Shown: positions 18,961 to 29,765, counted from the first letter of the stretch. The stretch is 64,000 nt of DNA from Sumerlaeia bacterium (GCA_040219255.1 JAVJSW010000001.1:64001-128000), one strand, 5' to 3'. Notes: a model not told the origin generated them from the letters alone. Translations and numbers: made by a program.

Positions 18961-19908
18961 ATGTCCCTGCTTCCCTTTTCCCTCAAAATGCCAGGCCGCT
19001 CCTTTCGCGGCAGCCCGCCGCCGCTGACACCGGCGGAAAGGGACCTCGCCGAGGAACTGCGCCACGACCTCGAACACCTCTGCCGCGACATCGGCGACCG
19101 CAGTCTTCCCTACCGCACCGCTCAACTGCGCCAGTCCGCAGAGTGGCTCACCGCCCAGCTCAAGGCCGCCGGCTGCGTTGTCGCGGGGCAGAGCTTCGCT
19201 GTCGAAGGCGAGCGGGTCGAAAACATCATCGGCGAAGCCCCCGGTCAGGACCCCGGCCTCCCGCCGCTTCTCGCCGGAGCCCACTATGACTCCCTTCGTG
19301 GAACTGTCGGCGCCAATGACAACGGCAGCGGCGTCGTCTGCGCCCTGGCCCTCGCCCGCCGGCTCGCCAAGGCGAACCTGGCCCGGACGCTGCGGTTCGT
19401 TTTTTTCGTGAACGAAGAACCGCCCTACTTTCAGACGCCCGAAATGGGCTCGGTGGTCTACGCCCAGCACTGCCGCGCCCAGCAGGAAGAGCTTCTCGGA
19501 TTCATCAACCTCGAGACCATCGGCCACTACACGCAAGAGCCCAAGTCCCAGCACTATCCCTTGAAGGCGATGGAGTTCGTACTGCCCACCACGGGCAACT
19601 TCCTGGCTTTCGTCGCCAACGAAATGTCCAAGGACCTGCTTTACGCCACGATCGGCGAGTTCCGCGAGCACGCGACCCTGCCCAGCGTCGGCGCGGCCCT
19701 GCCGGACGACATGGAGGGCATTGGCTTTTCCGATCAGTGGAGTTTCTGGCAAGTGGGCTATCCGGCCATCATGCTCACCGACACGGCGCCCTTCCGCTAT
19801 ACGCACTACCACACCACCCAGGACACGCCGGACAAGTGCGACTTCGAATCGATGGCTCGGCTGACGTCAGCCATGGAGGCGGCGATCCGGGCGCTTTGCT
19901 CGAAGTAG
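18961..19908 (+). CDS. M28 family peptidase
   Basis: GAHYDS, GANDNGSG, NEEPP, SDQWSF, YHTTQD. Confidence 0.9.
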   Translation: MSLLPFSLKMPGRSFRGSPPPLTPAERDLAEELRHDLEHLCRDIGDRSLPYRTAQLRQSAEWLTAQLKAAGCVVAGQSFAVEGERVENIIGEAPGQDPGLPPLLAGAHYDSLRGTVGANDNGSGVVCALALARRLAKANLARTLRFVFFVNEEPPYFQTPEMGSVVYAQHCRAQQEELLGFINLETIGHYTQEPKSQHYPLKAMEFVLPTTGNFLAFVANEMSKDLLYATIGEFREHATLPSVGAALPDDMEGIGFSDQWSFWQVGYPAIMLTDTAPFRYTHYHTTQDTPDKCDFESMARLTSAMEAAIRALCSK

Positions 19909-19918
19909 GGCTCGGAGA

Positions 19919-20548
19919 CTAGATATCCGAATCGCGGATGAGAGCCCAATTGGCCCTGAGATAGTTCAACCCCGACACCACCGTCAGCACGACCGCCACC
20001 AGGAACGCCAGGAACGGCCCCCACTCGTACACCAGATCGGCGCGGAACCGGGACACGAGAGGATCGGCCCAGACGCCCGCGGCGACCAGGAAGTCCTTGG
20101 TCATCAAGAACGTGATCGTCGTGATGATGGCGCCGAGTTGCCAGCCGGTCTTGTGTTTCCCCCAGCGGTCCGCCGCCATCACGAAGCCATTCACCGCGGC
20201 CAGCGTGCGCAGGCCTGTGACCAGAAATTCCCGGCACAGAATCACGATCACCAGCCAGGACGGAACGAGTTGCAATTCGACGAAAGCGACGAAGGCGGCG
20301 GTGACGAGAAGCTTGTCGGCGAGCGGGTCCAGGAGCTTTCCCAGGTTCGAAATCGCCCCCGTCTCGCGCGCCAGTTTGCCATCGTAATAATCCGTGATCG
20401 CCGCCGCCACGACAAGCAGCAGGCAGCACGCCCGGCTGATCGCCGCCAGAAGCGGGTTCGACGGGTCCGTTCCCGGCGCCAGCAGGGTCGCCAGAATCAA
20501 GGGAATGACGAGGATTCGGCTGAGGCTGAGTTTATTCGGAAGGGTCAT
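19919..20548 (-). CDS. pgsA: CDP-diacylglycerol--glycerol-3-phosphate 3-phosphatidyltransferase
   Basis: LPNKLS.SR, TDYYDGKLAR...GKLLDPLADKLL, REFLVTGLR. Confidence 0.93.
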   Translation of the reverse strand: MTLPNKLSLSRILVIPLILATLLAPGTDPSNPLLAAISRACCLLLVVAAAITDYYDGKLARETGAISNLGKLLDPLADKLLVTAAFVAFVELQLVPSWLVIVILCREFLVTGLRTLAAVNGFVMAADRWGKHKTGWQLGAIITTITFLMTKDFLVAAGVWADPLVSRFRADLVYEWGPFLAFLVAVVLTVVSGLNYLRANWALIRDSDI

Positions 20549-20584
20549 GAAAGGTCCAAAAGCCCGGGGAATGAACGGGGGCGA

Positions 20585-21673
20585 TTACCTCGACTCGCGG
20601 ATTGCCGAGTCAATGACTTCTCCCACCAGTGTGTGCTCCTGTGCCGCGATTTGGAGCTGCGTGCCCCGCGCGGCCTTCAGCGCATCCACGAACGCGAGGG
20701 CTATGCCCATCCCCAGACGGGGGCTGCGCGCCGCCCGCGTGATCCGCCCCACCGGCATCCCGTCGTACATCACGCGGTCGCCGCCTCGCGGCATACGGCC
20801 ATCCTCGAATCGGATATTCACCAGACGGCGGCTGAATTCTCCGCAGGTGCTGTGGAGCAACGCCCGGCGCCCCACGAAACGGCGCTTGTGGAACGCGATG
20901 TCCTCCGCCTCGCCCAGTTCGATGGGCGTCGTGTCCTCGTCGATCTCCGTGCCCACTTGGGGAATGCCGGCTTCGAGCGTCAGGATATCGACCGCTTGCT
21001 GACCGACGGGAACCAGACCGAGCTGCGCCCCCATCGAGTACAGCCGGTCCCAGACGTCCTCGAGAAACGGAGTGCCCATGTTGATCTGATAGCCTTCGAT
21101 GCCGGCGAAGGGGGCGTTGAAAATCAGGCAGCGGGCCTGACCGATCTGGACGATGGTGGACTCTCCGGGCCGATGGGGGAGCGAACCGTCGAGCAGCGCG
21201 CTCTCAAGAATTCCATGGGCGAGCGGCCCGCGCACCTCGATCGTTCCCTGCGTTTTCGTGTTGTTGGCGATTTCGATCGCTTTGTCGGCGGTCTGGCTCT
21301 GCATCCATCCGAGCAGACGCTCGGACATGGAACCGGTGCCATGAAGCAGGTAGAACTTATCGGTGCGATGAATCGCCACGGAATCGATGATGCCGCCGCG
21401 CTCGTTGCACATGTAGCTTTGGCGGGTCTGGTTCGGCTCGAGCCCGGAGAGGACACTGGTGGTCAGGAAATCGAGAACCTCGCCCGCCGCCTCGCCCGTG
21501 AGGCGGAAACGGCTGTCGTGACACCGGTCGATGAGTCCGGCGGCGGTGCGCAGCGATTCGTACTCCGCTTCCGAAGTGCTGAACCGATAAGGCACCTCGA
21601 TCCCATGGCTCTCCAGCAATCGTGCCCCATGGCTTTCGTGCCAGTGTGCAAGAGGAGAGCGTTTGCCAGCCAT
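20585..21673 (-). CDS. GcvT-family aminomethyltransferase/folate-binding protein
   Basis: RSPL..WH..HGA, NERGGIID, VRGP.A, LEAG, SPRLGMGIALAFV. Confidence 0.82.
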   Translation of the reverse strand: MAGKRSPLAHWHESHGARLLESHGIEVPYRFSTSEAEYESLRTAAGLIDRCHDSRFRLTGEAAGEVLDFLTTSVLSGLEPNQTRQSYMCNERGGIIDSVAIHRTDKFYLLHGTGSMSERLLGWMQSQTADKAIEIANNTKTQGTIEVRGPLAHGILESALLDGSLPHRPGESTIVQIGQARCLIFNAPFAGIEGYQINMGTPFLEDVWDRLYSMGAQLGLVPVGQQAVDILTLEAGIPQVGTEIDEDTTPIELGEAEDIAFHKRRFVGRRALLHSTCGEFSRRLVNIRFEDGRMPRGGDRVMYDGMPVGRITRAARSPRLGMGIALAFVDALKAARGTQLQIAAQEHTLVGEVIDSAIRESR

Positions 21674-21795
21674 AGTTGCCCCATTCCCGAAAATTCTCTC
21701 TGCCGGAAACGAGTTCCCGGGCCAGAACGTGACCCTATTTCCTAGGTCCGCCGGGGGCAAGGAGCAAGAGAGACCGCCATCCCGGCTGAAAAAGG

Positions 21796-21830
21796 AAAAA
21801 GCCGGGAGAGCGATTCTTCGCTCTCCCGGC
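21796..21830 (-). terminator. Intrinsic terminator
   Basis: 12-bp stem GCCGGGAGAGCG/CGCTCTCCCGGC with an A5 tract on the + strand (U tract on -). Confidence 0.75.
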
Positions 21831-21876
21831 ATCGATCCTGGGTCAGAGGCGCTTGTGAAGCGATGAAGGAGGGGTC

Positions 21877-23550
21877 TTAGAAGGTGGGCTTGTCCACCGA
21901 CTCGACAGTGATGCTACGCAGCGTGATCGAGGGATTCTGGACCGAGCCGGCGCCACGAAGGTCGTAGACGTCGAAGCCAAGGTCGAGCGGCGAGCCGTTC
22001 GCCCCATCCGGAACCACGAAGAAGGCCTGATAAGACTCACCGTCCGCATCGGGGGCATCGGCCGGATCCGAGGCGGTCGAGTTCAAGGACAGATCGCCCA
22101 CGAAGTCGTTGTTGCCGGCCGCGAAGCGCAGACGCACCACGGGAAGCTCGGCGGGAACCGCGTCCGCGGAGACGACCATCGTCACGCGGTAGAGCTTCGA
22201 CGAGTTCGCCGTGCCGATGTTCAGGACGTCCCAGAACCCGTAGGAGAAGGCGCCGATGCTGAAGTCGGCGGGTCCGGCGCTGGTGACCTGAAGGCCATCG
22301 GCGGTGGCGGTCAGCGTCGCGCCGGGCAGCGCGCCGCCGGCGTCGACCGACGTGTTGTTCCAGCCGTTCGTGTTGCTGCCGGAGAAGTCGGCGGAGTACA
22401 CGGGGGCGAAGGTGCCCAGGGCGGCCGGATCGATCACGCGCTCCGTCAGGCGGGCGAGCGTGATGCTCTCGTTGGCCGAACCAAGACCGATCTGAAGGAT
22501 GTCCATCGCGATGTCGAAGCCGGAGCGGCCACCGACACTGTCGGCCACATGGGCCGGAACGGTGGAGACCACCGAATAGGTCTCGCCGTCGCCGTCGGGC
22601 GTGACGATGATGTTGTTGTTCGGGTCCGAGTCCTGGAAGAGGACGCCGGTGCCGCGGAAAGTATCGGCGGAGTTCAGACGCACACGTCCCGGAGGAACCG
22701 CGCCGCCGGAGGTCGAAGAGCTGACTTCGAAGGTGTTGTAGTAGATCACACCCTGCGGGGGCTGACCGAAGGCATCGGTCGTGAAGCCCGAGTCCCAGGT
22801 ACCGAAGGAGAGGTCGCGATTCTTGGACAGAATCCGCAGACCGGCGCCCGGTACGGCGTTGCCTTCCGGCAGGTTGCCGGCGGGCAGAATGCCGTTGTAA
22901 GTCCAGGTTCCGGCGCCATTCACCTCGAAATCCGTAACCGACGGGAACGCTCCCGCCACCACGTTGACCGTGATGGTGTCGCCGGCCGGGCGGGTTTCGC
23001 CCTGGGCGTTGAGCGAGTTGCCGCTGGCATCGGAGATACCCAGCAGACCGGTGTTGTTGTCGATGGCGGAGACCAATTCCACAGCCACGTCACCGGTGCC
23101 CGAACCGGTCGGGATGCTGACGGTGGCGACGCGCTGGCTGGCGCTGGCGTTGAAGGTGGAAATGGGGTTGTTGCTGGTCGAATAAATCACCCCGCGGAAC
23201 TCGATCACGTTGCCCGTGATCGTTCCACCGGAGACTCCGGTCCGATCGAGCTTCTCGTTGAACACGTAGGTGAACGTGCCGGCGAGACTGGGATCGATGG
23301 CCGAGGTGGCGTTGGCGAAATCGAGAAGAGCCCCATCGGCCTGCTCGATTCGCAAAGTGAAGTTCACACCCGCCACGCCTTCCGGCACGTTCTCGACGAA
23401 GATGTCGAGATCGAGGGTGGACAACGGCCGAACTTCGACCGAATCGCTCCCGAAGGAGAAGTCGTATGCCTGGGCCGAAGTGGCCGCCAGGCAGGTAGCG
23501 GCACCGGCAAGGGCTAATGCCTTGATGGACCTACGCGCCATTCGCTTCAT
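21877..23550 (-). CDS. Secreted surface protein: cohesin-like N-domain plus two repeated beta-sandwich domains
   Basis: ATG at 23550 with GAGGAG RBS; signal peptide ending AQA; beta-rich, S/T/G/D-rich sequence; internal duplication. Confidence 0.75.
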   Translation of the reverse strand: MKRMARRSIKALALAGAATCLAATSAQAYDFSFGSDSVEVRPLSTLDLDIFVENVPEGVAGVNFTLRIEQADGALLDFANATSAIDPSLAGTFTYVFNEKLDRTGVSGGTITGNVIEFRGVIYSTSNNPISTFNASASQRVATVSIPTGSGTGDVAVELVSAIDNNTGLLGISDASGNSLNAQGETRPAGDTITVNVVAGAFPSVTDFEVNGAGTWTYNGILPAGNLPEGNAVPGAGLRILSKNRDLSFGTWDSGFTTDAFGQPPQGVIYYNTFEVSSSTSGGAVPPGRVRLNSADTFRGTGVLFQDSDPNNNIIVTPDGDGETYSVVSTVPAHVADSVGGRSGFDIAMDILQIGLGSANESITLARLTERVIDPAALGTFAPVYSADFSGSNTNGWNNTSVDAGGALPGATLTATADGLQVTSAGPADFSIGAFSYGFWDVLNIGTANSSKLYRVTMVVSADAVPAELPVVRLRFAAGNNDFVGDLSLNSTASDPADAPDADGESYQAFFVVPDGANGSPLDLGFDVYDLRGAGSVQNPSITLRSITVESVDKPTF

Positions 23551-23864
23551 GAGATACTCCTCTGAATCATTCTCTCTGCCACATCGTCTCCAATGAGGCG
23601 GAGGAAAAGCAAGACCAGGATTCATGCTTTCGCATTTCTCTCTTACCGTTCCCCTTCGCCGAAGCGTGAGTCAAGCTTGAACAGCAAGTGAGTGATGGGG
23701 TATCTAACCTTTTTCCCCAAGTGGATGGCAAGCCAGAAAGACCATCGCAGGGAATAAGTTCAGTACCCTACTTTCTATTTCTGGACCAACTCCCCCCTGT
23801 GTCAACCCACACTTCCATTTTTCTCCACCCTTCCCCGCCAATCTCAGCCACCCATCCAGAACGT

Positions 23865-25013
23865 TCAGGGAGCGGGCTCCACGATTTCCGCCAGCTTCTC
23901 CGCCAGAACCCGCACCTCCTCGACGCCTGTCAGGTGACTTAGGGAAATCCTCAGCCCTCCCCGGGCCCGCTCCTCATCCCCGGGAAACATCGACGCCAGA
24001 ACCGGCGAAACCGACACCACGCCGGTCGAGCAGGCGGCTCCCGGCGAAACGGCGCAACCCCGCCCGTCCAGGGCGATCGCCAAATCCGTGGCGGCGATGG
24101 GGCCGAAGGAGAGGTTCAACACCCCTGGCAATCGGGGGGCCTCCCCATTGCGCCGGCAAATCACCCCGAGGTCCGCCAGCGCCCGCAGAAAAGCCTCCTC
24201 CAACCGATGCACCGCTCGGGTCCGCGCCTCCCGCTCTTCGCACGCCAGTTCGAGCGCCCGCGCGCAACCGATCGCCAGAACCACCGGCTCCGTGCCGCCC
24301 CGGATTTCGCTCTCCTGACTGCCCCCTGTGACCTGCGGGACGATCGTCTGCAAGTCTCGGCCCGCCAGGAATCCAATCCCCACCGGCCCATAGAACTTGT
24401 GCGCCGCCCCAAAGGCGAAATCCGCCCCCAGCGCGTCCAGACCCAGCGGCACTTTCCCCACCGACTGAGTGACGTCGCACAGCCAATGGGCGCCCAGTTC
24501 GGCGGTCCATCCCGGAATGCTTTCCACATCCTGCAAAACACCCGTTTCATTGTTGCTGTGCATGACACAAATAAGATCGGGAGGACTATTCACTTCTGCA
24601 ATCCATTTTGATTCCGGAATACAAATCCGACCATTCGCTCCCGCTTCCATCCAATGGGGGACAACGCTTCCGCGCTCCGCCATCCCCGCCAGCGTCTTCT
24701 CGACACAGGAGTGTTCGAGGGCGGAGGCCCAGACCCGCATCGGCCGATCCAGAGTTTGCGCGAGGCCCCGGATCGCCAGGTTCGCCGCCTCTGTGGCACC
24801 CGAGGTGAAGACGAGATGATTGGGGTCTTCGATTCCGAGGCAAGCGGCCACGCGCTCGCGCGCGTCTTCGAGCAGCATGCGGGCGCGCTGGCCCAGGCGG
24901 TGCGTGCTCGAGGGGTTCAGGGGCAGGCCCTGGATCGCCGCCATCGCTTCCCAGACCCGGGGATCGAGGGGGGTGGTGGCGGCGTGGTCAAAGTAGTGGA
25001 GCGGGATGGGCAT
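23865..25013 (-). CDS. Cysteine desulfurase (IscS/NifS type)
   Basis: YFDHAATTP, FTSGATEA, NNETG, HKFYGP, catalytic SPGAACS. Confidence 0.92.
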   Translation of the reverse strand: MPIPLHYFDHAATTPLDPRVWEAMAAIQGLPLNPSSTHRLGQRARMLLEDARERVAACLGIEDPNHLVFTSGATEAANLAIRGLAQTLDRPMRVWASALEHSCVEKTLAGMAERGSVVPHWMEAGANGRICIPESKWIAEVNSPPDLICVMHSNNETGVLQDVESIPGWTAELGAHWLCDVTQSVGKVPLGLDALGADFAFGAAHKFYGPVGIGFLAGRDLQTIVPQVTGGSQESEIRGGTEPVVLAIGCARALELACEEREARTRAVHRLEEAFLRALADLGVICRRNGEAPRLPGVLNLSFGPIAATDLAIALDGRGCAVSPGAACSTGVVSVSPVLASMFPGDEERARGGLRISLSHLTGVEEVRVLAEKLAEIVEPAP

Positions 25014-25167
25014 CGGCGATCCTCGAGAAATTGGCGCTTGGGGAAAATCAGGCTTTGGACTTGCGACGGAAATTGGTGGGCAGGCAGCTTAGCGTTCCGA
25101 AACTCGCGGTGCGCCCGACTTGGCGATGGGGGTGACGTGCCGGGTTCTTCACCCGGTCCAAAAGTTC

Positions 25168-27204
25168 ATGAAGCCACTCGATCAAAAGCTTATCAACCGG
25201 CTCCGTAAGATGGGGGCTCTGGACGGCGAACAGTCGGACCTGGTGACTCGGCGTACCGAGGAATCGGGCCTGCCCGCGCAAACGGTCCTCGATGCCCTGG
25301 GGATCGTCGAACCGAAAATCGTGGCGCGCCAGGTCGCGCGCCTCAGCGGACTCGAGTTTCTGGACTTGGACGCTTTCGAACCGGCCCCCGAAGTTCTGCG
25401 CCAACTCCCCACGGAGCTGGTACAGCGTTACGCCGTGCTGCCCGTCGGCGAAGTCGGCGGTGATTTGATCCTCGCCGTCTCCGACGCCACCAATGTCCTC
25501 AAGATCGACGAGTTGAAGGCCCTGACGGGTCGCACCCTGCGGGTCGTGCTGGCGACGGAGAAGTCGATCCGGCGGGCCCTGGCGCTCTATTACAGCGTCA
25601 CTCCGGCGGAGGAGGCGTTGTCCTCGCGCCGCAGCCGGACGCCCCAGCCGGAGTTCCGTTCCGAAGAACGCGAGCTCACCACGCGCGGCCGAGATATTCA
25701 CGAGGTCGCCACCGTTTTCGACGCCACGCCCGCACCGGCGCCAGGCAAAGCCGCCGGGCCCGAGCGGCCGCCCGAAGCACCCGAAGCGCCCCAGGCTGGC
25801 ACCTCGGCCAGCGAGTCCAGTTCGGACAGCGAGACCGAAGACATCAGCTTTCACGACCTGGAAACGCGCATCGATATGGGGTCGAAGGAGACGCGCCTGG
25901 ACATGCCGGGCAGCTTGCCGCCGGACGCCATTCCCGTGGCCGGGTCCGCAAATTCCGCCTCCACCGAACTGCTTTCCGTCGGCGACGCCCAGACCTTTCT
26001 GGACCCCGCCGCACAATCGACCCGCATCGCCTCGCCGGAGAAGACCAGCCACAAGAACGGCTGGATTCGCCTCGCCATCGAGAACGACTCCGACCTCGAA
26101 GTCCTCAAGACGGTGGAAAAGGTTCTGGAAGAGGCTTTGGAATTCGGCGCCGAGGAAATCGAGCTGGCGCCGCCTACCGGCCCCGACGTCATCGTCCGCG
26201 CCCGCAAAGCCACCTCGTGGATCGATCTGCACAGCTACAATCCCCGCCTTCACGAGCCCGTGGTGGCGCATCTCCGCAAGATGTCGGGCTTACCAGCCGC
26301 CGAGCGGGAAAGCCACGACCTCCTCATCGAGCGGCGCTTCGACCTCTCGACGCGCCGCGGAGAAGTGCCTGTCGTCGCCCACTTCGCCACCACCGTCCGG
26401 GGCTCGCGGTGCCTGCTCCGTCTGCCGGAAAACACGCCGCTGCTTCAACGCCCGCTGCGCATCCTCGGCACCGACAACGATTTGCAGAAACGCATCGGCG
26501 AACGACTGGACAGTGGCGCCGGCGGAGCGATTTTCTTCTCCGCCACCACCCAGCGCATGGCCGCCCAGCTCTTTTCCTCGCTTCTGCACGAACAAGCCTC
26601 GCGCGGGCGGTCGGTCATCGCGCTCGAAATGGGCGAGAGCCGCACCATTCCCAACGTGTCGCAGATCTCCTGTGAAGACGCTCCCGCGCTGCTCGACAAC
26701 CTGCATCACGCCAGCAAGGAAAACCCCGATGTACTCGGCGTTTCCTCCATCCCCGACGTGAAGACGATGCGCGAGGTCCTGAACCTGGCGCTCCAAGGCC
26801 AGACCATCGTGGGCGCTTTCAGCGCGCCCGACGCGTCCTCGGGCATGGCGATCTACGAGGCCGCCGGTCTCGACCCGCTCGAACTCTTCCGCGGCATCGT
26901 CGCCCACATTCACGCCAGCCAGGTGCCGCGCCTGTGCAGCCGCTGCCGCGCGGAAATGGAAGATCCCGCCGGCGTCTTCGTTTCGCCCTGGGCCGAGGCC
27001 TTCAAGGACCTGCCCCTCTACGAAGCGAAAGGCTGTCCCGACTGTCGCAATACCGGCCGCAAGGGCAGCAATTGGGTGGCCGAAGCGTTCGTGCCCCGCT
27101 CGGAACCGGAAGGCGAGCGCTTCCGCCAGGTCCGCCACCGCGAAACGGCCCTGCGCCAGCTCGTGCGCGAGGCTTGGCTCGACCCGCGCGACATCCGCTC
27201 GTAG
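25168..27204 (+). CDS. GspE/PilB-like protein with degenerate ATPase domain
   Basis: MshEN-like N-terminus and tetracysteine Zn site (LCSRC...GCPDCRNTG.KG) are present; the Walker A position reads FSATTQRMAAQLF. Confidence 0.8.
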   Translation: MKPLDQKLINRLRKMGALDGEQSDLVTRRTEESGLPAQTVLDALGIVEPKIVARQVARLSGLEFLDLDAFEPAPEVLRQLPTELVQRYAVLPVGEVGGDLILAVSDATNVLKIDELKALTGRTLRVVLATEKSIRRALALYYSVTPAEEALSSRRSRTPQPEFRSEERELTTRGRDIHEVATVFDATPAPAPGKAAGPERPPEAPEAPQAGTSASESSSDSETEDISFHDLETRIDMGSKETRLDMPGSLPPDAIPVAGSANSASTELLSVGDAQTFLDPAAQSTRIASPEKTSHKNGWIRLAIENDSDLEVLKTVEKVLEEALEFGAEEIELAPPTGPDVIVRARKATSWIDLHSYNPRLHEPVVAHLRKMSGLPAAERESHDLLIERRFDLSTRRGEVPVVAHFATTVRGSRCLLRLPENTPLLQRPLRILGTDNDLQKRIGERLDSGAGGAIFFSATTQRMAAQLFSSLLHEQASRGRSVIALEMGESRTIPNVSQISCEDAPALLDNLHHASKENPDVLGVSSIPDVKTMREVLNLALQGQTIVGAFSAPDASSGMAIYEAAGLDPLELFRGIVAHIHASQVPRLCSRCRAEMEDPAGVFVSPWAEAFKDLPLYEAKGCPDCRNTGRKGSNWVAEAFVPRSEPEGERFRQVRHRETALRQLVREAWLDPRDIRS

Positions 27205-27248
27205 GCCCGCCTTCAGGCGGAAAGTTGAGCAGTGAAAGTTGAGCAGTG
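27201..27248. repeat. REP-like palindrome followed by a 14-bp tandem repeat
   Basis: GTAGGCCCGCCTTCAGGCGGAA, then GAAAGTTGAGCAGT twice. Confidence 0.55.
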
Positions 27249-27296
27249 CGTGTTCTCCCCCACCAGCCACTCTTCGGCCCATTCTCTGCAAGAACG

Positions 27297-27338
27297 AAAA
27301 ACCCCCGGCCGCGACCTTGTGGTCCGCGGGCGGGGGCT
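27297..27338 (-). terminator. Probable terminator after pdhC
   Basis: GC-rich imperfect hairpin preceded by A5 on the + strand. Confidence 0.55.
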
Positions 27339-27383
27339 GGGGATTATTGCTCGGACTTCTTCGCCGGGCGGCGGGGCCTTGAA

Positions 27384-28715
27384 CTACACCAACATCAGGA
27401 ACGGATCGTCGAGCGCCGCCTTGAGGTCCTTGAGATAAGCCGCCGCGACGGCCCCATCGACGACCCGGTGGTCCGACGACAGGGTCATGTTGAAGACCTT
27501 GCCGACGTCCAGGCCACCATTGCGGACGACGGGCTTTTCGAGCACCGCGCCAACCGCCAGAATGCTGGTCTCCGGCGGGTTGATGATGGCATCGAAGTGA
27601 TCGATGCCGAACATGCCGAGATTGCTGATGGTCTGAACGCCGCCGGACATTTCGGCCGGCTTCAGGCCCTTGTCGCGCGCTTTGCCGGCCAGTTCCTTCA
27701 GGTCCTGTGAAATCTGCACGACGCCCTTGCGGTCGGCGTCGCGGATCACTGGCGTGACCAGACCTTCGGGCAGCGCCACGGCGCAGGAAATGTGCACCGC
27801 GTCCTTGCGGACCATCGTGTTGTTGGCTTCGTCCCATTGGGTGCGCAGCCACGGATGGCGGCGCAGGGTATTCGCCATGGCCTTGATGATGAAGTGGGTC
27901 ACCGTGACCTTCTCGTCGGTCAGGTCGCGCACCTTCTTGACGGCGGCGAGAACGTTAGCGGCGTCCACCTCCACCGTAAGGCTGAAGGACGGCACCTGCT
28001 GGCGGCTCTGGACGAGGCGCTTGGCGATGACGCTGCGCATGCCGGAGACGGCGAGTTCTTCGTCGCCGCTGGCCGATTCCACCGCGACGGGCTTGCTCTT
28101 GACCGGGCTGGCGACGTCTTTGCCTTCGGCGGCGCCATAGCCGCCGGGGGCCGCGGCCGGGGAGGCCTTGCCGGTGCCGGACTGGAGAGCCTTCTCGATG
28201 TCGCGCTTCACGACGCGGCCGCGGGGGCCCGAGCCTTCGATCTGCTTCAGGTCCAGATCGTTGTCCGACGCCATCTTACGCGCGAGCGGGCTGGCCATGA
28301 CGGAGCCATTGGAGGCCGCCGCCGGAGCGGACTTTTCTTCCTTGGGGGGAGCCGGTGCCTTGGCCACAGCCTGCGCCGGCTGCGCCTTGGCGGCCGGTTT
28401 GTCTTCCGGAGCCGCTTCCTTCTTCTCTTCCTTCTTGGCCGCCGCACCGCCGGAGGAAGCCGACGACACGTCTTCGCCGGCCTCGCCCACAAGGGCGATT
28501 TCATCGCCAACGCTGGCTTTATCGCCTTCCTTCACCGACAGCTTCAGCACGGTGCCGTCTTCAAAGGCTTCCTGTTCCATGACAGCTTTGTCGGTTTCGA
28601 TTTCGGCCAGGATATCCCCGGCGGAGATCGAATCGCCCTCCTTCACGAGCCACCGCACGATCGTGCCTTCGCTCATGGTGGGCGACAATTGGAGCAGAGT
28701 CACTGGTGTTGCCAT
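27384..28715 (-). CDS. pdhC: Pyruvate dehydrogenase E2 (dihydrolipoamide acetyltransferase)
   Basis: Lipoyl ETDKA, ASPLARK E3-binding domain, SNLGMFG, DHRVVDG. Confidence 0.95.
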   Translation of the reverse strand: MATPVTLLQLSPTMSEGTIVRWLVKEGDSISAGDILAEIETDKAVMEQEAFEDGTVLKLSVKEGDKASVGDEIALVGEAGEDVSSASSGGAAAKKEEKKEAAPEDKPAAKAQPAQAVAKAPAPPKEEKSAPAAASNGSVMASPLARKMASDNDLDLKQIEGSGPRGRVVKRDIEKALQSGTGKASPAAAPGGYGAAEGKDVASPVKSKPVAVESASGDEELAVSGMRSVIAKRLVQSRQQVPSFSLTVEVDAANVLAAVKKVRDLTDEKVTVTHFIIKAMANTLRRHPWLRTQWDEANNTMVRKDAVHISCAVALPEGLVTPVIRDADRKGVVQISQDLKELAGKARDKGLKPAEMSGGVQTISNLGMFGIDHFDAIINPPETSILAVGAVLEKPVVRNGGLDVGKVFNMTLSSDHRVVDGAVAAAYLKDLKAALDDPFLMLV

Positions 28716-28775
28716 AAGGGTCCCATTCCGTTTTCTACATAGGGGGTCGAGCGTATCGGGTTGATGGAGCAGCGC

Positions 28776-29765
28776 TTAGCTGATGTAGGACACTTGCTTG
28801 ACGGCCTCCACGACGTCCACCGGGCGAGGAAGAGAAATCTCCTCGAGGTTGAACGCGTAGCTCAGTGGCACGTCCTTCTGATATACCCGGGCGATTTCCG
28901 CGTCCAGGTAATCGAAGCAGCGCGCGTACATTTCGCTCGCGATCCACGCGCCAACGCTCGCCTTGGGCCAGCTTTCCTCCACCACGACGCAGCGACCGGT
29001 CTTCTTGACCGAGTTCGTCAGCGTCTCGAAGTCCAGCGGCGACAGGCTCCAGCAGTCGATGATTTCGCAACTGACGCCGAATTCGCCCTCCAGGATTTCC
29101 ACCGCCGGCTCGACCACATGCGTCAACATCCGGCTCCACGTGATGATCGTCACGTCGGTGCCTTCCTTGTGGACGTTGGCCTTGCCGATGGGCAGGACGT
29201 AGTCGGGGTCTTCGTTCACCTCGCCACGCGAATTGTAGAGCTTCTCCGACTCGATAAAGATCACCGGGTCGGGGTCACGGATGGCGGCTTTCAAAAGCGC
29301 CTTCGCGTTGTCCGGCGTGGAAGGCATGACGACCTTGATGCCCGGAATGTGAACGTATTGCTGTTCGAGCGACTGGCTGTGCTGGCTGCCGAGGCTGCCG
29401 CCGGCGCCGCCCGGCCCGCGCAGAACCATGGGCACTTCGATCTGGCCGCCGGACATCTGCCGCAGCTTGGCCGCGTTGTTGATGATCTGGTCGAGGGCCA
29501 GGATCGCGAAGTTGAAGGTCATCACTTCGATCACGGGGCGCATGCCGACGTGGGCGGCACCGATGCCGAGACCCACGAAGCCCGCTTCCGTGATCGGTGC
29601 GTCGACGACGCGCTTCTCGCCGAATTTTTCCAGGAGACCCTGGGACACCTTGTAGGCGCCCTGGTACTGGGCCACTTCCTCGCCCATGAGGAAAATCTGA
29701 TCGTCGCGCTCCATCTCCTGGGCCAAGGCCAAGCCGAGCGCTTCGCGGAAAGTCATTTCTGCCAT
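28776..29765 (-). CDS. pdhB: Pyruvate dehydrogenase E1 beta subunit
   Basis: GEEVAQYQGAYKVS, DAPITEAGF, QHSQ. Confidence 0.96.
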   Translation of the reverse strand: MAEMTFREALGLALAQEMERDDQIFLMGEEVAQYQGAYKVSQGLLEKFGEKRVVDAPITEAGFVGLGIGAAHVGMRPVIEVMTFNFAILALDQIINNAAKLRQMSGGQIEVPMVLRGPGGAGGSLGSQHSQSLEQQYVHIPGIKVVMPSTPDNAKALLKAAIRDPDPVIFIESEKLYNSRGEVNEDPDYVLPIGKANVHKEGTDVTIITWSRMLTHVVEPAVEILEGEFGVSCEIIDCWSLSPLDFETLTNSVKKTGRCVVVEESWPKASVGAWIASEMYARCFDYLDAEIARVYQKDVPLSYAFNLEEISLPRPVDVVEAVKQVSYIS

